Part shown: positions 20,820 through 30,541 of the stretch, piece after piece
Numbering within the stretch: position 1 is the first letter of the stretch
Layout of the letters: each line of letters begins with the position of its first letter
DNA from: an uncultured virus (IMG/VR IMGVR_UViG_3300025502_000007)
Taxonomy: Duplodnaviria > Heunggongvirae > Uroviricota > Caudoviricetes
Length of the DNA: 64,000 nucleotides
Direction: 5' to 3' (one strand)
IMG/VR virus record: IMGVR_UViG_3300025502_000007
The notes under the pieces: model-generated
Database searches by the model: none
The model's input: the letters and a program-made list of their open reading frames with translations, nothing else
Told to the model about the DNA's origin: nothing
Position numbers and translations under genes: made by a program

Positions 20820-21008
20820 ATGATAAGAACAATTTCAATTGCAGAAAGAATAACAATCATTTCCACACTTTTGAGTATCCTCAAATCAGAAGGGCTTACC
20901 CTGACGGCTCCTGAGAAGAAAACGATAAAGGAAGTTATGCTAGAACATGTTACTTATCTACAGGCTGGGATTGTTGACAACCTTAAAAAAGATACAGAAG
21001 AAAAATGA
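20820..21008 (+). CDS. small hypothetical protein
   Basis: 62-aa ORF with ATGA overlap into the resolvase gene. Confidence 0.6.
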   Translation: MIRTISIAERITIISTLLSILKSEGLTLTAPEKKTIKEVMLEHVTYLQAGIVDNLKKDTEEK

Positions 21009-21550
21009 TTTTAGGATTAGATATATCAACCACCTGTATTGGGTACACACTTTTTTCAGAAGATGGAGACATGCTCAAGATTGGGTACGTTAAAATGCGT
21101 CCAAAACAAACTCTTTTTGAAAAGCTAAAACACTTCGAGGAGCATTTAAGTGAAATAAGTAAAATGGAACTGACATATATTGCTATAGAGGAACCGCTTA
21201 AAAAGTTCGCTGGAAAATTCTCTTCTGCTACAACAATCGGATTGCTTAATTTCTTTAACGGAATGATTTCGGCTGTATGCTATAAAACCTGGGGAATAGA
21301 GCCAGTATACTACAACGTAAACTCTGCACGAAAAACTGCATACCCGCATGTGAAATTTGGAAAAAAAGGCTCTGAAAGCAAATCTCAAGTGTGGGAGGAA
21401 GTATGTAAATTGCAGCCTCTTTTGAATTGGAAATACGGTCCGAAGTCAAGGAAGCTTATGGATGAAAATTTCGATATGTGCGACAGCTACACCATCGCTC
21501 TGTGTCACATGATTACCTTGGAGAAACAAGCAGCACTTAAAAGCGAATAA
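21005..21550 (+). CDS. ruvC: RuvC-like Holliday junction resolvase
   Basis: MILGLDISTTCIG, IAIEEP and FDMCDSY carry the RuvC acidic tetrad. Confidence 0.85.
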   Translation: MILGLDISTTCIGYTLFSEDGDMLKIGYVKMRPKQTLFEKLKHFEEHLSEISKMELTYIAIEEPLKKFAGKFSSATTIGLLNFFNGMISAVCYKTWGIEPVYYNVNSARKTAYPHVKFGKKGSESKSQVWEEVCKLQPLLNWKYGPKSRKLMDENFDMCDSYTIALCHMITLEKQAALKSE

Positions 21551-22227
21551 TGAAACATCTAATTTTAGGAGACATACACGGAGGACCATCCTGGAAAAAG
21601 CATGTCAAATCAGTTAATCCTGATAAAATCGTATTTGTCGGAGATTACTTCGACAGCAAGGAGTTTACAGCTCTGGAGCAGATGGACAACTTCAGAGACA
21701 TCATCGCTCTCAAAAAAGAAAGACCAGACGACGTAACTTTGCTCACAGGAAACCATGATGCCCATTATATGGGAATAGGCGGAATGTATAGCGGGTTTCA
21801 AGCTGGAGCATTTTTAAATATTGAAGCACTTCTAGAGGATAACAAGGATTTGATGCAATGGTGCCACTCCATAGATGACTATCTCATTTCTCATGCAGGA
21901 GTCACTAAAGATTGGTGCGATATTCATAAAGTTGACACGAAAGATATTGTTAAAAAAATCAACTCCCTACACATCTCACACTTTGCATTCGCTGGTTTTC
22001 AAAGACACGGTGATTCAACTGTGTCCAGCCCTATTTGGGTCAGGCCAAGAAGTCTAAACATCAACAGAATTGATGACTGGAAACAGATTGTGGGCCACAC
22101 TAGACAATTTTCAATAACTCTTGACAATCCAAACATTATTCTCGTGGATGCGATAGAAAAAGGAGAGGCTCTTATTCTAGAGCAAAAACCTGGTCGCACA
22201 ATTGTCGAGGTATCATTTGTTGAATAG
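21550..22227 (+). CDS. calcineurin-like metallophosphoesterase
   Basis: GDIHG, GDYFD, GNHD, SHAG and GHT motifs. Confidence 0.9.
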   Translation: MKHLILGDIHGGPSWKKHVKSVNPDKIVFVGDYFDSKEFTALEQMDNFRDIIALKKERPDDVTLLTGNHDAHYMGIGGMYSGFQAGAFLNIEALLEDNKDLMQWCHSIDDYLISHAGVTKDWCDIHKVDTKDIVKKINSLHISHFAFAGFQRHGDSTVSSPIWVRPRSLNINRIDDWKQIVGHTRQFSITLDNPNIILVDAIEKGEALILEQKPGRTIVEVSFVE

Positions 22228-22314
22228 TTGAATAGTTGAAAACTTTTCCTTTTTTTACATCTGACTTATTAATTATAATCGCTATATTCGCTATTAAACA
22301 CAATAGCATCAAAC

Positions 22315-25300
22315 ATGCGAATCGCACACTTATCAGATATTCACATTCGATTTTCAACTCGACACGCTGAATATCGTCAGGTTTTTGAAAGATTATATGA
22401 GGACCTAAAATCAAACAAAGTAGACCGTATTGCTATAACTGGGGACGTATTACACAATAAGGTCTCCATGTCTCCTAAGTCGTTCATATTGATGTCAGAG
22501 TTTTTCTTAAAACTTTCTGAGATTGCACCAGTAGATATTATAGCTGGAAATCATGATATGAACATGAAACAAGAGAGCCAAGGCGATGTTATTAGCCCAA
22601 TTTTCGAGCTTTCAGAGATTTTGGGAGGAAAATCCACTTACCAAGTCACAAAAGAAAATGCATCCTCAATAAATCTTTGGGAAAACAGCGTTTACTACTA
22701 TCCTTTATCTGGATTTTTCAGTATCGACGAAAATCATACATATGGCATTTTCTCTTGTCGAGACGAAAAAGTGCTGGAGTTAGACCAGAAAGAAGCTGAT
22801 AAAACATATATCGCTATGTGGCACGGAGCTCTTTATGGTGCTCGCATGGATAATGGTCATGAAAATTCAAACCAGGCCAGCTGGAAAAAATCGATATTCA
22901 AAGATTTTGACATCACCATGATGGGTGACTTTCACGAGTACCAAGATTTCTTTGATGGCAGAATGGCTTATAGTGGAAGTTGCATCCAACAGGGCTATGG
23001 AGAATCAATAGACAAAGGATATCTGATTTGGGATACTAAAACTAAAACCCACGAAAGAAAGATAGTTTTAAATGACTGGGGATTTGCAAAAATCACAGTA
23101 ACCCGTGGAGAGTCAGTTGAGGACCGAATAGAGAACATGAGTTTTTCCAATAACAAGAGAAAAACAAAAGTAATTGTAACTGTCGAAGATTTTGAGGAAA
23201 ACAAATCACAAGAACGTACCAATCAAATAACCAAGCTTATAAAGGACCGATATAAGTGTGAGAGTATTCGCGTGGAATGGAAGACTTTGCAAAAAGAAGA
23301 CCTGGGCGATGATAGTGAAGTATTAGAAGGTGGAGATAGTTTTGAAGGCAGATTTAAAAAATTCATGAAACGCACTGAGCATGACATGGAAGACGATGAG
23401 CTACAAGAGTTGTTTACATTTGCATACTCAATTGAAAAAGAACTTGGACTTGACAAAGAAAAAATCAAATCAAAAAAATTCGATATTCTATCGATGGAAG
23501 TTCGAAACTTATTTTCGTTTCCCGATAGAGCTGTTTATTTTCCAATAGAAAGCATGCCAGGGTTGACTGGGATTTTCGGCGAGAACTACTGCGGAAAATC
23601 AAACACTCTTCGTGCTTTAGTTTTCGGTCTGTTTGAAGTTATTATTGGGACCAAAAATAAGTCCAAGCTCGTAAATATTTACACAAAATCCAACAAAGGA
23701 TATGTGAGTGTAGTCGTTTCAATTGAAGGGGTGAAGTTTAGAATTACTCGCGAGGTCGTTCAAAAGCGGAACGGCGGGAATTCTTACCCAACTCGGTTCG
23801 AGATTTGGAAAGAAGTCCAAATTCCAACTGGAGAGCAAGATTGGATGTGGACAGACGAAGAAACAGATGAAGGAGTTGCTGAGAACACAAACATTAAAGG
23901 ACAGATAAAAAAAGCAATTGGAGATTATGAAGATTTTTCAATAATCGCTCTTCACGCTTCAAACAATGACAGTGACTACCTGGCTTTGAGCCAGCAACCT
24001 AAAAATGCTCTAATTGCTAGATACCTTGACTTGTCTAACTTTAAGATGAGATACGACTTTGTTAATAAAAAACAAAACAATCTCAATCGAGACTTTAAAG
24101 ATGCTGGGCAAGTTCCTGAGATTAAAGAAGAAATAGCTCAGAAAAATATTCAAAAGCAAGATTTTAATATTCAAATCAAGAGCCTTGAGGAAGAGCAATT
24201 TCTAAGCGAAACAAAACAAACTGACATAAACAGCAAAATTTTAGAGCACACCCGCAAGCTTCATAGAGTGGAGATAATGGAGTTTGACTCCAAAGACGTA
24301 TTAGAGAATGAAATCGAACTATCAGAGGACCTACTTAATAAAGATATTGAGCGCCAGTCCGAACTTAAATCTTGGCTGGACAGCAATCTTCGAAAAGATG
24401 TCCCATTCGAAGGTGAGAAAAACCTATCAGATGTCGAGCATCAACTGCAGCAAGAAAGAGCCCAAAAGACTAATATTGAATCCATTAAGCAGCAGTCTGA
24501 AACTTGGATATTACAGAACTCAAAAAAATTCATCGAAGACACCACGACTACAGAGGAATCGATTAGAAAGATTCAGTCTGATATTATCGAGTGTCAAAAC
24601 AAAATCATCTCTTTCCAAGGCAAGAAGTGTCCGACTTGCGGAAATGTATCTGAAAAACCGAACCCTTTTGGTGAAACAGAACAGAATATCCGAAAAACTA
24701 GGCTTGAGCGGGAACTCACAGAGAAAAAGAATGTACTTAAAGAAGTAGAGGTTTGCAAGAATCATAACCAGAATTTTGAAACTAGAAACTCTGAGTTAGA
24801 AATAACAAAAGTTAAACTTGCCGCAAAGGAAATGCTCTTAGAGAACATCTCTAAAGACCGAGAAAAACTATTAGGAGCCAAAGACATCGTTGCGATGAAC
24901 GAGTTAATTAATTCCCGCTCAAATGAGCTATCAAAGCTCTCTGATGCTATTGAGAAGACGCGCAAAGAGCTTGTGGAGCTAAAAGTGATGTGCGATAACT
25001 TTGACAAAAATGAGCGTAACATTGAATCTAACACAGAAACTCAAAAAACGATAGATGATAATCAAGAATTGCTTGAGGGATACAAGCAAAGCATCACATC
25101 TATCGTTTTGAAATTACGAATATTAGCGGGTGAACTTGCGGTTTTAAGTCGAGACGTGGAAGGCAAAGAGGAAAGGTTGAAGGAGATACGCGAATTTGAC
25201 ACTTTATATCGTCGTCACAGTCTGTACCTTCAAGCTGTGCACAGGCAAGGAATACCAGCGATGGTTATTAAGACAAAGCTTCCTACTATCAATGAGAAAA

Positions 25301-25791
25301 TACAGAACATCCTATCAGGGATTGTTGAGTTTAAAGTTGATTTAGAGATTGATGACAAAGGAGACGTGACAGAAGTCTTCTATTTTATGGAAGATAAATT
25401 TGATGCACTACCTCTTGGAGCTATGGCGTCATCATCTCAAAAATTCATTGTGTCTCTGGCTATAAAAAACGCTTTGCACGAGATTTCAAATCATGCCGTT
25501 TCTCAGCCATCAATTATAATGATTGATGAAGGATTTGGAAGCCTTGATGATGACTTAATCTCAGAGGTTCAGAGCATGCTCTTGTACTTAGGGACGAAGT
25601 ATAAGAATGTTCTAATTATTACACATAGAAATGAAGTAAAAGACTGTGTAGATAACATAGTTGAGGTAACAAAAGACAGAGGATTTATTAATAAGGAGTT
25701 TTCTGCTCTCCCAGAAAACGCAGGAGTAAGCAATTTCAGTTTTACCACGTCAACGGCAATATCCTCCACAAATCAACACACAATATCATGA
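22315..25791 (+). CDS. fused SbcD/Mre11 nuclease and SbcC/Rad50 ATPase (gp47-gp46-like)
   Basis: N-terminal SDIH, GDVLH, GNHD, GDFH. Then Walker A GENYCGKS, coiled coil with CPTC zinc hook, Walker B IIMIDEGFGSLD and H-loop IITH. Confidence 0.92.
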   Translation: MRIAHLSDIHIRFSTRHAEYRQVFERLYEDLKSNKVDRIAITGDVLHNKVSMSPKSFILMSEFFLKLSEIAPVDIIAGNHDMNMKQESQGDVISPIFELSEILGGKSTYQVTKENASSINLWENSVYYYPLSGFFSIDENHTYGIFSCRDEKVLELDQKEADKTYIAMWHGALYGARMDNGHENSNQASWKKSIFKDFDITMMGDFHEYQDFFDGRMAYSGSCIQQGYGESIDKGYLIWDTKTKTHERKIVLNDWGFAKITVTRGESVEDRIENMSFSNNKRKTKVIVTVEDFEENKSQERTNQITKLIKDRYKCESIRVEWKTLQKEDLGDDSEVLEGGDSFEGRFKKFMKRTEHDMEDDELQELFTFAYSIEKELGLDKEKIKSKKFDILSMEVRNLFSFPDRAVYFPIESMPGLTGIFGENYCGKSNTLRALVFGLFEVIIGTKNKSKLVNIYTKSNKGYVSVVVSIEGVKFRITREVVQKRNGGNSYPTRFEIWKEVQIPTGEQDWMWTDEETDEGVAENTNIKGQIKKAIGDYEDFSIIALHASNNDSDYLALSQQPKNALIARYLDLSNFKMRYDFVNKKQNNLNRDFKDAGQVPEIKEEIAQKNIQKQDFNIQIKSLEEEQFLSETKQTDINSKILEHTRKLHRVEIMEFDSKDVLENEIELSEDLLNKDIERQSELKSWLDSNLRKDVPFEGEKNLSDVEHQLQQERAQKTNIESIKQQSETWILQNSKKFIEDTTTTEESIRKIQSDIIECQNKIISFQGKKCPTCGNVSEKPNPFGETEQNIRKTRLERELTEKKNVLKEVEVCKNHNQNFETRNSELEITKVKLAAKEMLLENISKDREKLLGAKDIVAMNELINSRSNELSKLSDAIEKTRKELVELKVMCDNFDKNERNIESNTETQKTIDDNQELLEGYKQSITSIVLKLRILAGELAVLSRDVEGKEERLKEIREFDTLYRRHSLYLQAVHRQGIPAMVIKTKLPTINEKIQNILSGIVEFKVDLEIDDKGDVTEVFYFMEDKFDALPLGAMASSSQKFIVSLAIKNALHEISNHAVSQPSIIMIDEGFGSLDDDLISEVQSMLLYLGTKYKNVLIITHRNEVKDCVDNIVEVTKDRGFINKEFSALPENAGVSNFSFTTSTAISSTNQHTIS

Positions 25792-26210
25792 GTAAAAGAA
25801 AACAGTCTAGAAACTTAAAATCTCAAGCTCAAAGCCTAAGAAACGACGGAAAAGACGACGAGGCACAAATACTAGAATCTCTTGCTCATAAAGTTGATAG
25901 AGAAGAGAGAGCTACAGATAAAATTAAAGCAATGCAGGATGCTATCGATAAAATGGAGAAAGGAACGTCCTCACTGTCTTGGAGGATAGAGGACTTGATT
26001 GGAAATGTTCTTGTAGGGTTTCATAATCAAAAGCCTTTGTTCGAAATAAAGCGAGGGACTTTGATTTACACTCTCAAGATATTAGATGAAAAAATTAAAG
26101 AAAGAAACAAGCTATCATTCAGCACCAGCACGCAGTTGAATCGCATAAAGAATAAGGCGGATAAAATATGCCTAGAGCACTATATCCCACATCTGAAACC
26201 GAAGAAATGA
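25788..26210 (+). CDS. hypothetical protein
   Basis: 140-aa ORF with ATGA overlap with the upstream gene. Confidence 0.6.
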   Translation: MSKRKQSRNLKSQAQSLRNDGKDDEAQILESLAHKVDREERATDKIKAMQDAIDKMEKGTSSLSWRIEDLIGNVLVGFHNQKPLFEIKRGTLIYTLKILDEKIKERNKLSFSTSTQLNRIKNKADKICLEHYIPHLKPKK

Positions 26211-26292
26211 CTATGATGCTATGCGCTGTTTTTTTTGCGGCACGGGCAAATCTTGGATAATACTGAATTGAATTTTTGGAAAATATTATAGT

Positions 26293-26648
26293 GTGAACTA
26301 CCCACCCACGGCAGAGCCGATGGGTTGGGCTTCGGGGGTCGTAGACTCACCTAATAGCAACGCCTCATCCCGTTTTTGATTATCGTCCGACTGCATCCCA
26401 CAACCAGACGTGAATGTTTTTAATTCAGTTTTACTTTTTGGTTTTATGCAAACTGCAAGATTTTGCAGAGCAACCTTATACCACGTCAAAGAACAACAAA
26501 CTCTTGGTTATCGAAGTTTGTTATAACAAATATATGCGTTTAAACCAAAAACATCAAGTCTTTATCAAAAACAATTGTTATATTTGCTGAATAAGGTCGC
26601 TTTCATCCCATCCACGCTGCGCGATGAATGGGTTTTACGCTCCGTCTT
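26293..26648 (-). mobile_element. non-autonomous IS200/IS605-family mini-element (356 bp) with TnpB omega-RNA, copy 1
   Basis: Minus strand reads TTTAT|AAGACGGAGCG, left-end hairpin, TnpB-tail-like frame (SGCGMQSD..QKRDEALLLGES..PEAQPIGSAVGG*), right-end hairpin, GGGTAGTTCAC. Identical by eye to 34517-34872. Confidence 0.85.
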
Positions 26649-26721
26649 ATAAAAAATGCATTGCGAGGTAGATAGAATCAGTTGGTTTCAAATGCTTTGG
26701 TGCTGTTAAAAATACAGAATT

Positions 26722-27078
26722 ATGAGTTTAGACATTATGTTTCAAAAAGGCTTTCCATTAGAAGACGTTGAAAAGAAAACAGATATTAAGGTAGAGGAAA
26801 GAGACGGAGAGTTTTGGTTGAAGAAAGGTGAAAATGTAATTCTAACCAAAGTAAAAAATGGTATCATACACGGATTAACTCGTTACGGTGAAAATAGTAT
26901 TTCGGAAGTAATGAATAAACTTGTTGTTGTGTTTCAGACAAAGTTCATAACTGACAATGAAGAGGAAATGGTTCATCATGACCCAGAGATAGATGTTGAC
27001 AAGTTATTTGATGATACAACTACTGAATATGGGTACACAATAAGCGAGAAAGGTGATATATCCATCACCGAAGAATAA
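26722..27078 (+). CDS. hypothetical protein (accessory islet)
   Basis: 118-aa ORF with AT-rich codon usage. Confidence 0.65.
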   Translation: MSLDIMFQKGFPLEDVEKKTDIKVEERDGEFWLKKGENVILTKVKNGIIHGLTRYGENSISEVMNKLVVVFQTKFITDNEEEMVHHDPEIDVDKLFDDTTTEYGYTISEKGDISITEE

Positions 27079-27123
27079 ACAGGCTGGGTTAGCTATGTAT
27101 ATACTTCACTATGTAAATTTATT

Positions 27124-27369
27124 ATGTCAAAAGCAAAAGAGTACTACGAAAAAGCAAAGCATCAAGACACTTGGGGATTAGATGTTGTTTATCCTAAATC
27201 AGTTGAAGAAATAATTGAAATATCAAGAATAGAAGGTGTTTTACTTGGGTTAAAATTGTGCAAAGAAATGTGGGCACAAGGAACTATTAATCACGAAGAA
27301 ATCTATGAGAATGAGCAGCATTACAAAGACGAATTACTTACTATTATAAAAAAGATAGATGCTTCTTAA
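27124..27369 (+). CDS. hypothetical protein (accessory islet)
   Basis: 81-aa ORF followed by a small hairpin (AAGACCT-agt-AGGTCTT). Confidence 0.6.
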   Translation: MSKAKEYYEKAKHQDTWGLDVVYPKSVEEIIEISRIEGVLLGLKLCKEMWAQGTINHEEIYENEQHYKDELLTIIKKIDAS

Positions 27370-27429
27370 TTAATAACCAATAAGACCTAGTAGGTCTTTA
27401 TTTTCAACCTGTACCATAAAGCGTTTATT

Positions 27430-27678
27430 ATGAACCAATTTGAATTAAAATCACAGTTTACAGAAGAGTTCTTTGAAGAGTTTCAATTTGATGCAGAATT
27501 TAGAAGTATCTTTGAGTCTATGATTAGGGGATTAACACCTTATGAAGCAATAGAACACTTGTTTAAAAGCAAAAAAGAACTATTTCAATCACTTGAAAGA
27601 GCAATTAACAACTCGCCAAGAAAAATAATAGTGACAACTGAAAGACTTGAACAACTGAAAGACGAAATTCAGAAGTAA
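27430..27678 (+). CDS. hypothetical protein (accessory islet)
   Basis: 82-aa ORF. Confidence 0.6.
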   Translation: MNQFELKSQFTEEFFEEFQFDAEFRSIFESMIRGLTPYEAIEHLFKSKKELFQSLERAINNSPRKIIVTTERLEQLKDEIQK

Positions 27679-27781
27679 CCAAATGATATCATCATCACAC
27701 AAACACAAGGTTTGAAGTGGTACATAGCAAAACCGATACCATTTTACTCGATACAGACCAAACGCTAATAATGCTCTTTAA

Positions 27782-28396
27782 TTACCACTTCCTTCGATAA
27801 TCTTTCTTAAACAAACTCTTTATAACTCTAGACTTCTCGTTCAACTCAGGACTGTAGTCGGACTGCGGTTGCGACATCTTGTTATATTCGTCTTGGTAAG
27901 CTTTTGCTCGCCCCGCATCAAACGATACTATCTGACGCGTAATGTCACTGTCATTTGATTTAAACCCTCCAATTGGCACCTGGGAAAAGAAACCCCCAGT
28001 AAAGAACATGCTTTTTACATTTGATGCCAAAAACAGCCTCCATTCGTTCGATGCCTCTGCGCTTCTAACGCCAGTCTGTCGAGCCTTCTTTTCACTCTGA
28101 CCTTTAACGTGGACCCCACGAAAAACTAATCTACCGTCTTTATCATACCCCATAGCCACAGGCATGATGTTGCGGTACTTGGCTACAGGCATCTTGTACT
28201 TGGTGTTGTTGGATTGAAACAGAAGACCAACCACAAGACCTTGTTCGATTGCTTGCTGCATCAGGTCGACATTAAAAGGAACACGCTCGTTGGACCTCGC
28301 AAAAGGGTCAGGTGCAGTGGCAGTGTTAAGTGCCTCTGAAACAATTCCAGCAAGTCTGTTTAGTTTATGAAGATAAATTGAGGATACGTGTCCCAT
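27782..28396 (-). CDS. WYL-like domain protein
   Basis: RNIMPVAMG...LVFRGVH...WRLFLASNVKSM follows the WYL pattern (R-x3-P...WRLF). N-terminal KLNRLAGIVSE; CTATTTA 5 nt upstream. Confidence 0.6.
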   Translation of the reverse strand: MGHVSSIYLHKLNRLAGIVSEALNTATAPDPFARSNERVPFNVDLMQQAIEQGLVVGLLFQSNNTKYKMPVAKYRNIMPVAMGYDKDGRLVFRGVHVKGQSEKKARQTGVRSAEASNEWRLFLASNVKSMFFTGGFFSQVPIGGFKSNDSDITRQIVSFDAGRAKAYQDEYNKMSQPQSDYSPELNEKSRVIKSLFKKDYRRKW

Positions 28397-28401
28397 ATAC
28401 C

Positions 28402-28441
28402 TAAATAGCCTAGATTATAATCTAAAAATTGATTATATTCG
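28402..28441. promoter_or_regulatory. divergent late-type (CTATTTA, minus) and host-type (TATATTCG, plus) promoters
   Basis: TAAATAG at 28402-28408; TATATTCG at 28434-28441 resembles the Bacteroidota -7 box TAnnTTTG. Confidence 0.5.
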
Positions 28442-28465
28442 CTAAGGACACAACACAGCAGTATT

Positions 28466-29431
28466 ATGAGCAAAGGCAAAGAAGATATGTTTCGCGTAAT
28501 GGCCGAGGGTAAACAAAAGGGATACAAGCACATTTCTTTTTCAGAATTCTCATTATTCCGAGAATGCGGACACAAGCACTTGATTGAGAAACACTTAGGT
28601 CTGGACCAACAGCCTCCATCAATTCACTTGTACTTCGGAAACGCCATTCACGAATCGATTGAACGCACGTTTGAGAACGAGTATAGCACCGACAAGCGAG
28701 TAGAGCATTTCAAGCTCACTTTCAGGAAGGACATGATTGAGAACATGAAAGACACCCCTGAGTTCGCTGACCTTGATGCGTTCACCGACCAAGGCGAGAA
28801 CATGCTTCGGACCATTGATGTGGAAGCATTTATGCGAGATTACGAGATAGTCTCGGTGGAGGAGCCTCTTTACGAACACATTTATGGAATTTTTTACTTC
28901 AAAGGGTTTATTGATTTTGTGGTCAAAAACAGAAAGACTGGTCGAATTGTGATAATCGATTGGAAGACGTCCTCTGAGCCGTGGAATATGTACTGGAAGA
29001 ACAAAAACAAAACCTTCCTTATGCAAATGAAATTGTATAAGTATTTCTGGGCCAGAAAGAACAACGTGGATTTGACTCAGATAGATACCAAGTATGTTGT
29101 TTTGAACAGACTGAAAAACAAGAAGAAGCCAGACATGGGCTTCGGAGAAATTGTTGATGTTCCAATGACTTCATCGCTAGGAGAAATTCGCCAGGCAATA
29201 GAGGCAATGTCGGAGTCACTCAACAAAATCCACATCAAACAAGACTTTCAAAAAGCTAAATTCGTTTTAGATTTCGCTGGAAACCCAACGGTTGACCTTG
29301 GCGGGAACTATTTGATAGATGACAAAAACTCTTGTCGTTTTTGTTCCTACAAAGGCGGTAAACACCCGTTATGTAGCGGATTCCCAGGCCAAGACAAGAC
29401 ACTTTTGAAAGAACACGGGAAGTTAAAATAA
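28466..29431 (+). CDS. PD-(D/E)XK RecB/Cas4-like exonuclease
   Basis: ISFSE..LF.EC, FGNAIHESIE, VEE, GFIDFV, IIDWKT, QMKLY and C-terminal CRFC-x8-C (possible Fe-S ligands). Confidence 0.85.
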   Translation: MSKGKEDMFRVMAEGKQKGYKHISFSEFSLFRECGHKHLIEKHLGLDQQPPSIHLYFGNAIHESIERTFENEYSTDKRVEHFKLTFRKDMIENMKDTPEFADLDAFTDQGENMLRTIDVEAFMRDYEIVSVEEPLYEHIYGIFYFKGFIDFVVKNRKTGRIVIIDWKTSSEPWNMYWKNKNKTFLMQMKLYKYFWARKNNVDLTQIDTKYVVLNRLKNKKKPDMGFGEIVDVPMTSSLGEIRQAIEAMSESLNKIHIKQDFQKAKFVLDFAGNPTVDLGGNYLIDDKNSCRFCSYKGGKHPLCSGFPGQDKTLLKEHGKLK

Positions 29432-29477
29432 TTCCCATTCAAGGAATCACTGTCTATTTATACCAAAAATAAGCATT

Positions 29478-30074
29478 TTGAAAGAAAAAGAATCAGAATT
29501 AAAAAATATCCATAAGTTATTCAGCGAAGTTGGAATTAACTTAGAGCAAGAGCAAGATGAACTAAACAGCTTGGCTGCTAGAGTTAAATCGGAACTGCCG
29601 AATTACAACGAGAGGATGAAATCCACTCAGGATATTCGTAATCAATACCACGGGGGAACATCCAAACGCATCAAAGAAAACGACTACATCCGTATCTACG
29701 GAGAAGGCACAGGTGCGTTTGTTACTATATACCCTTGTAAAAACAAATACAAATGGGTGAGAAACCTGAAGAATAAGTTTGCTATTTGGAAAGCAGAGAG
29801 AGCTGGGAAGAACTACATTTTCCACAAACTCAGAGACAAAAAAAGTACACAGGATTTTGCTTGTATCCAGAAGCCAAGACCAAATAAAGAATTCGAAACT
29901 CCTTCTCAAATTACATCGTTGGAAAACATGTTCAAAGATTTAGCTAAGGAGCGAGAGGTGCTGAAAAATGCTAACAAGGCATTCAAAATCGACATGGATA
30001 AGTTAAAAAAGAAAAGTTTTAAAAAAAGAGCTACCCTTTATATCCCAAAAATAGTATTTCGCTCTAAGAAGTAA
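29478..30074 (+). CDS. basic hypothetical protein
   Basis: 198-aa ORF with TTG start downstream of TATTTAT at 29455. Confidence 0.55.
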   Translation: MKEKESELKNIHKLFSEVGINLEQEQDELNSLAARVKSELPNYNERMKSTQDIRNQYHGGTSKRIKENDYIRIYGEGTGAFVTIYPCKNKYKWVRNLKNKFAIWKAERAGKNYIFHKLRDKKSTQDFACIQKPRPNKEFETPSQITSLENMFKDLAKEREVLKNANKAFKIDMDKLKKKSFKKRATLYIPKIVFRSKK

Positions 30075-30109
30075 TTTGATTTTTCGAGAATAATTGTTCA
30101 TTATTCTCT

Positions 30110-30541
30110 ATGCCATATTATAATTCAAAAGACATAGAGAAATACATCCGTAAAGAGCTGCAAGCGATAGACGGAGATTCAACCGCTCGTGTACTAACAC
30201 CAATAAGCCAGCCCTTAACCCAACTCAAGAACGAGGAGGACTTGGTTGGCTTTTGCTATACTAAACTAGAGGAGAAAGAAGGGGCCAAGCTGCCGACCAT
30301 GACAGCTAAAGTGTTCTATCGAATCGACAAAGACCTATATACAGACGACCGTTTCGCAGTAGACCTTTTCCAGGCCTCCAAAGACGGGAAGACTGTGTCT
30401 GATGTAATCCGTGAGCGTCATCACGAACAACAAGCAGCTATTAGAGAATTAACTGGCGACGACTTACAATCAATATCAAAACTGTATGAAAGAACCGACC
30501 TGGACTCTAGCGGAGCTGGAGAGGATGAAGGAGTTCAGTGA
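30110..30541 (+). CDS. hypothetical protein
   Basis: 143-aa ORF. Confidence 0.65.
   Translation: MPYYNSKDIEKYIRKELQAIDGDSTARVLTPISQPLTQLKNEEDLVGFCYTKLEEKEGAKLPTMTAKVFYRIDKDLYTDDRFAVDLFQASKDGKTVSDVIRERHHEQQAAIRELTGDDLQSISKLYERTDLDSSGAGEDEGVQ

Noticed and set aside
22220..22240. TTGAATAG tandem repeat at the end of the phosphoesterase gene
   Set aside because: Only about 2.5 copies of 8 nt; probably a trivial slippage duplication.
26298..26489. 63-aa minus-strand ORF (also 34522-34713) as a real gene
   Set aside because: It lies inside the mini-IS, starts at TTG, and only its last ~35 codons resemble a TnpB tail overlapping the omega-RNA; best read as a remnant.
28466..29431. Cas4 as evidence of a CRISPR-Cas locus
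   Set aside because: No cas1, cas2 or array nearby; stand-alone Cas4/RecB-like nucleases are common in phage recombination modules.
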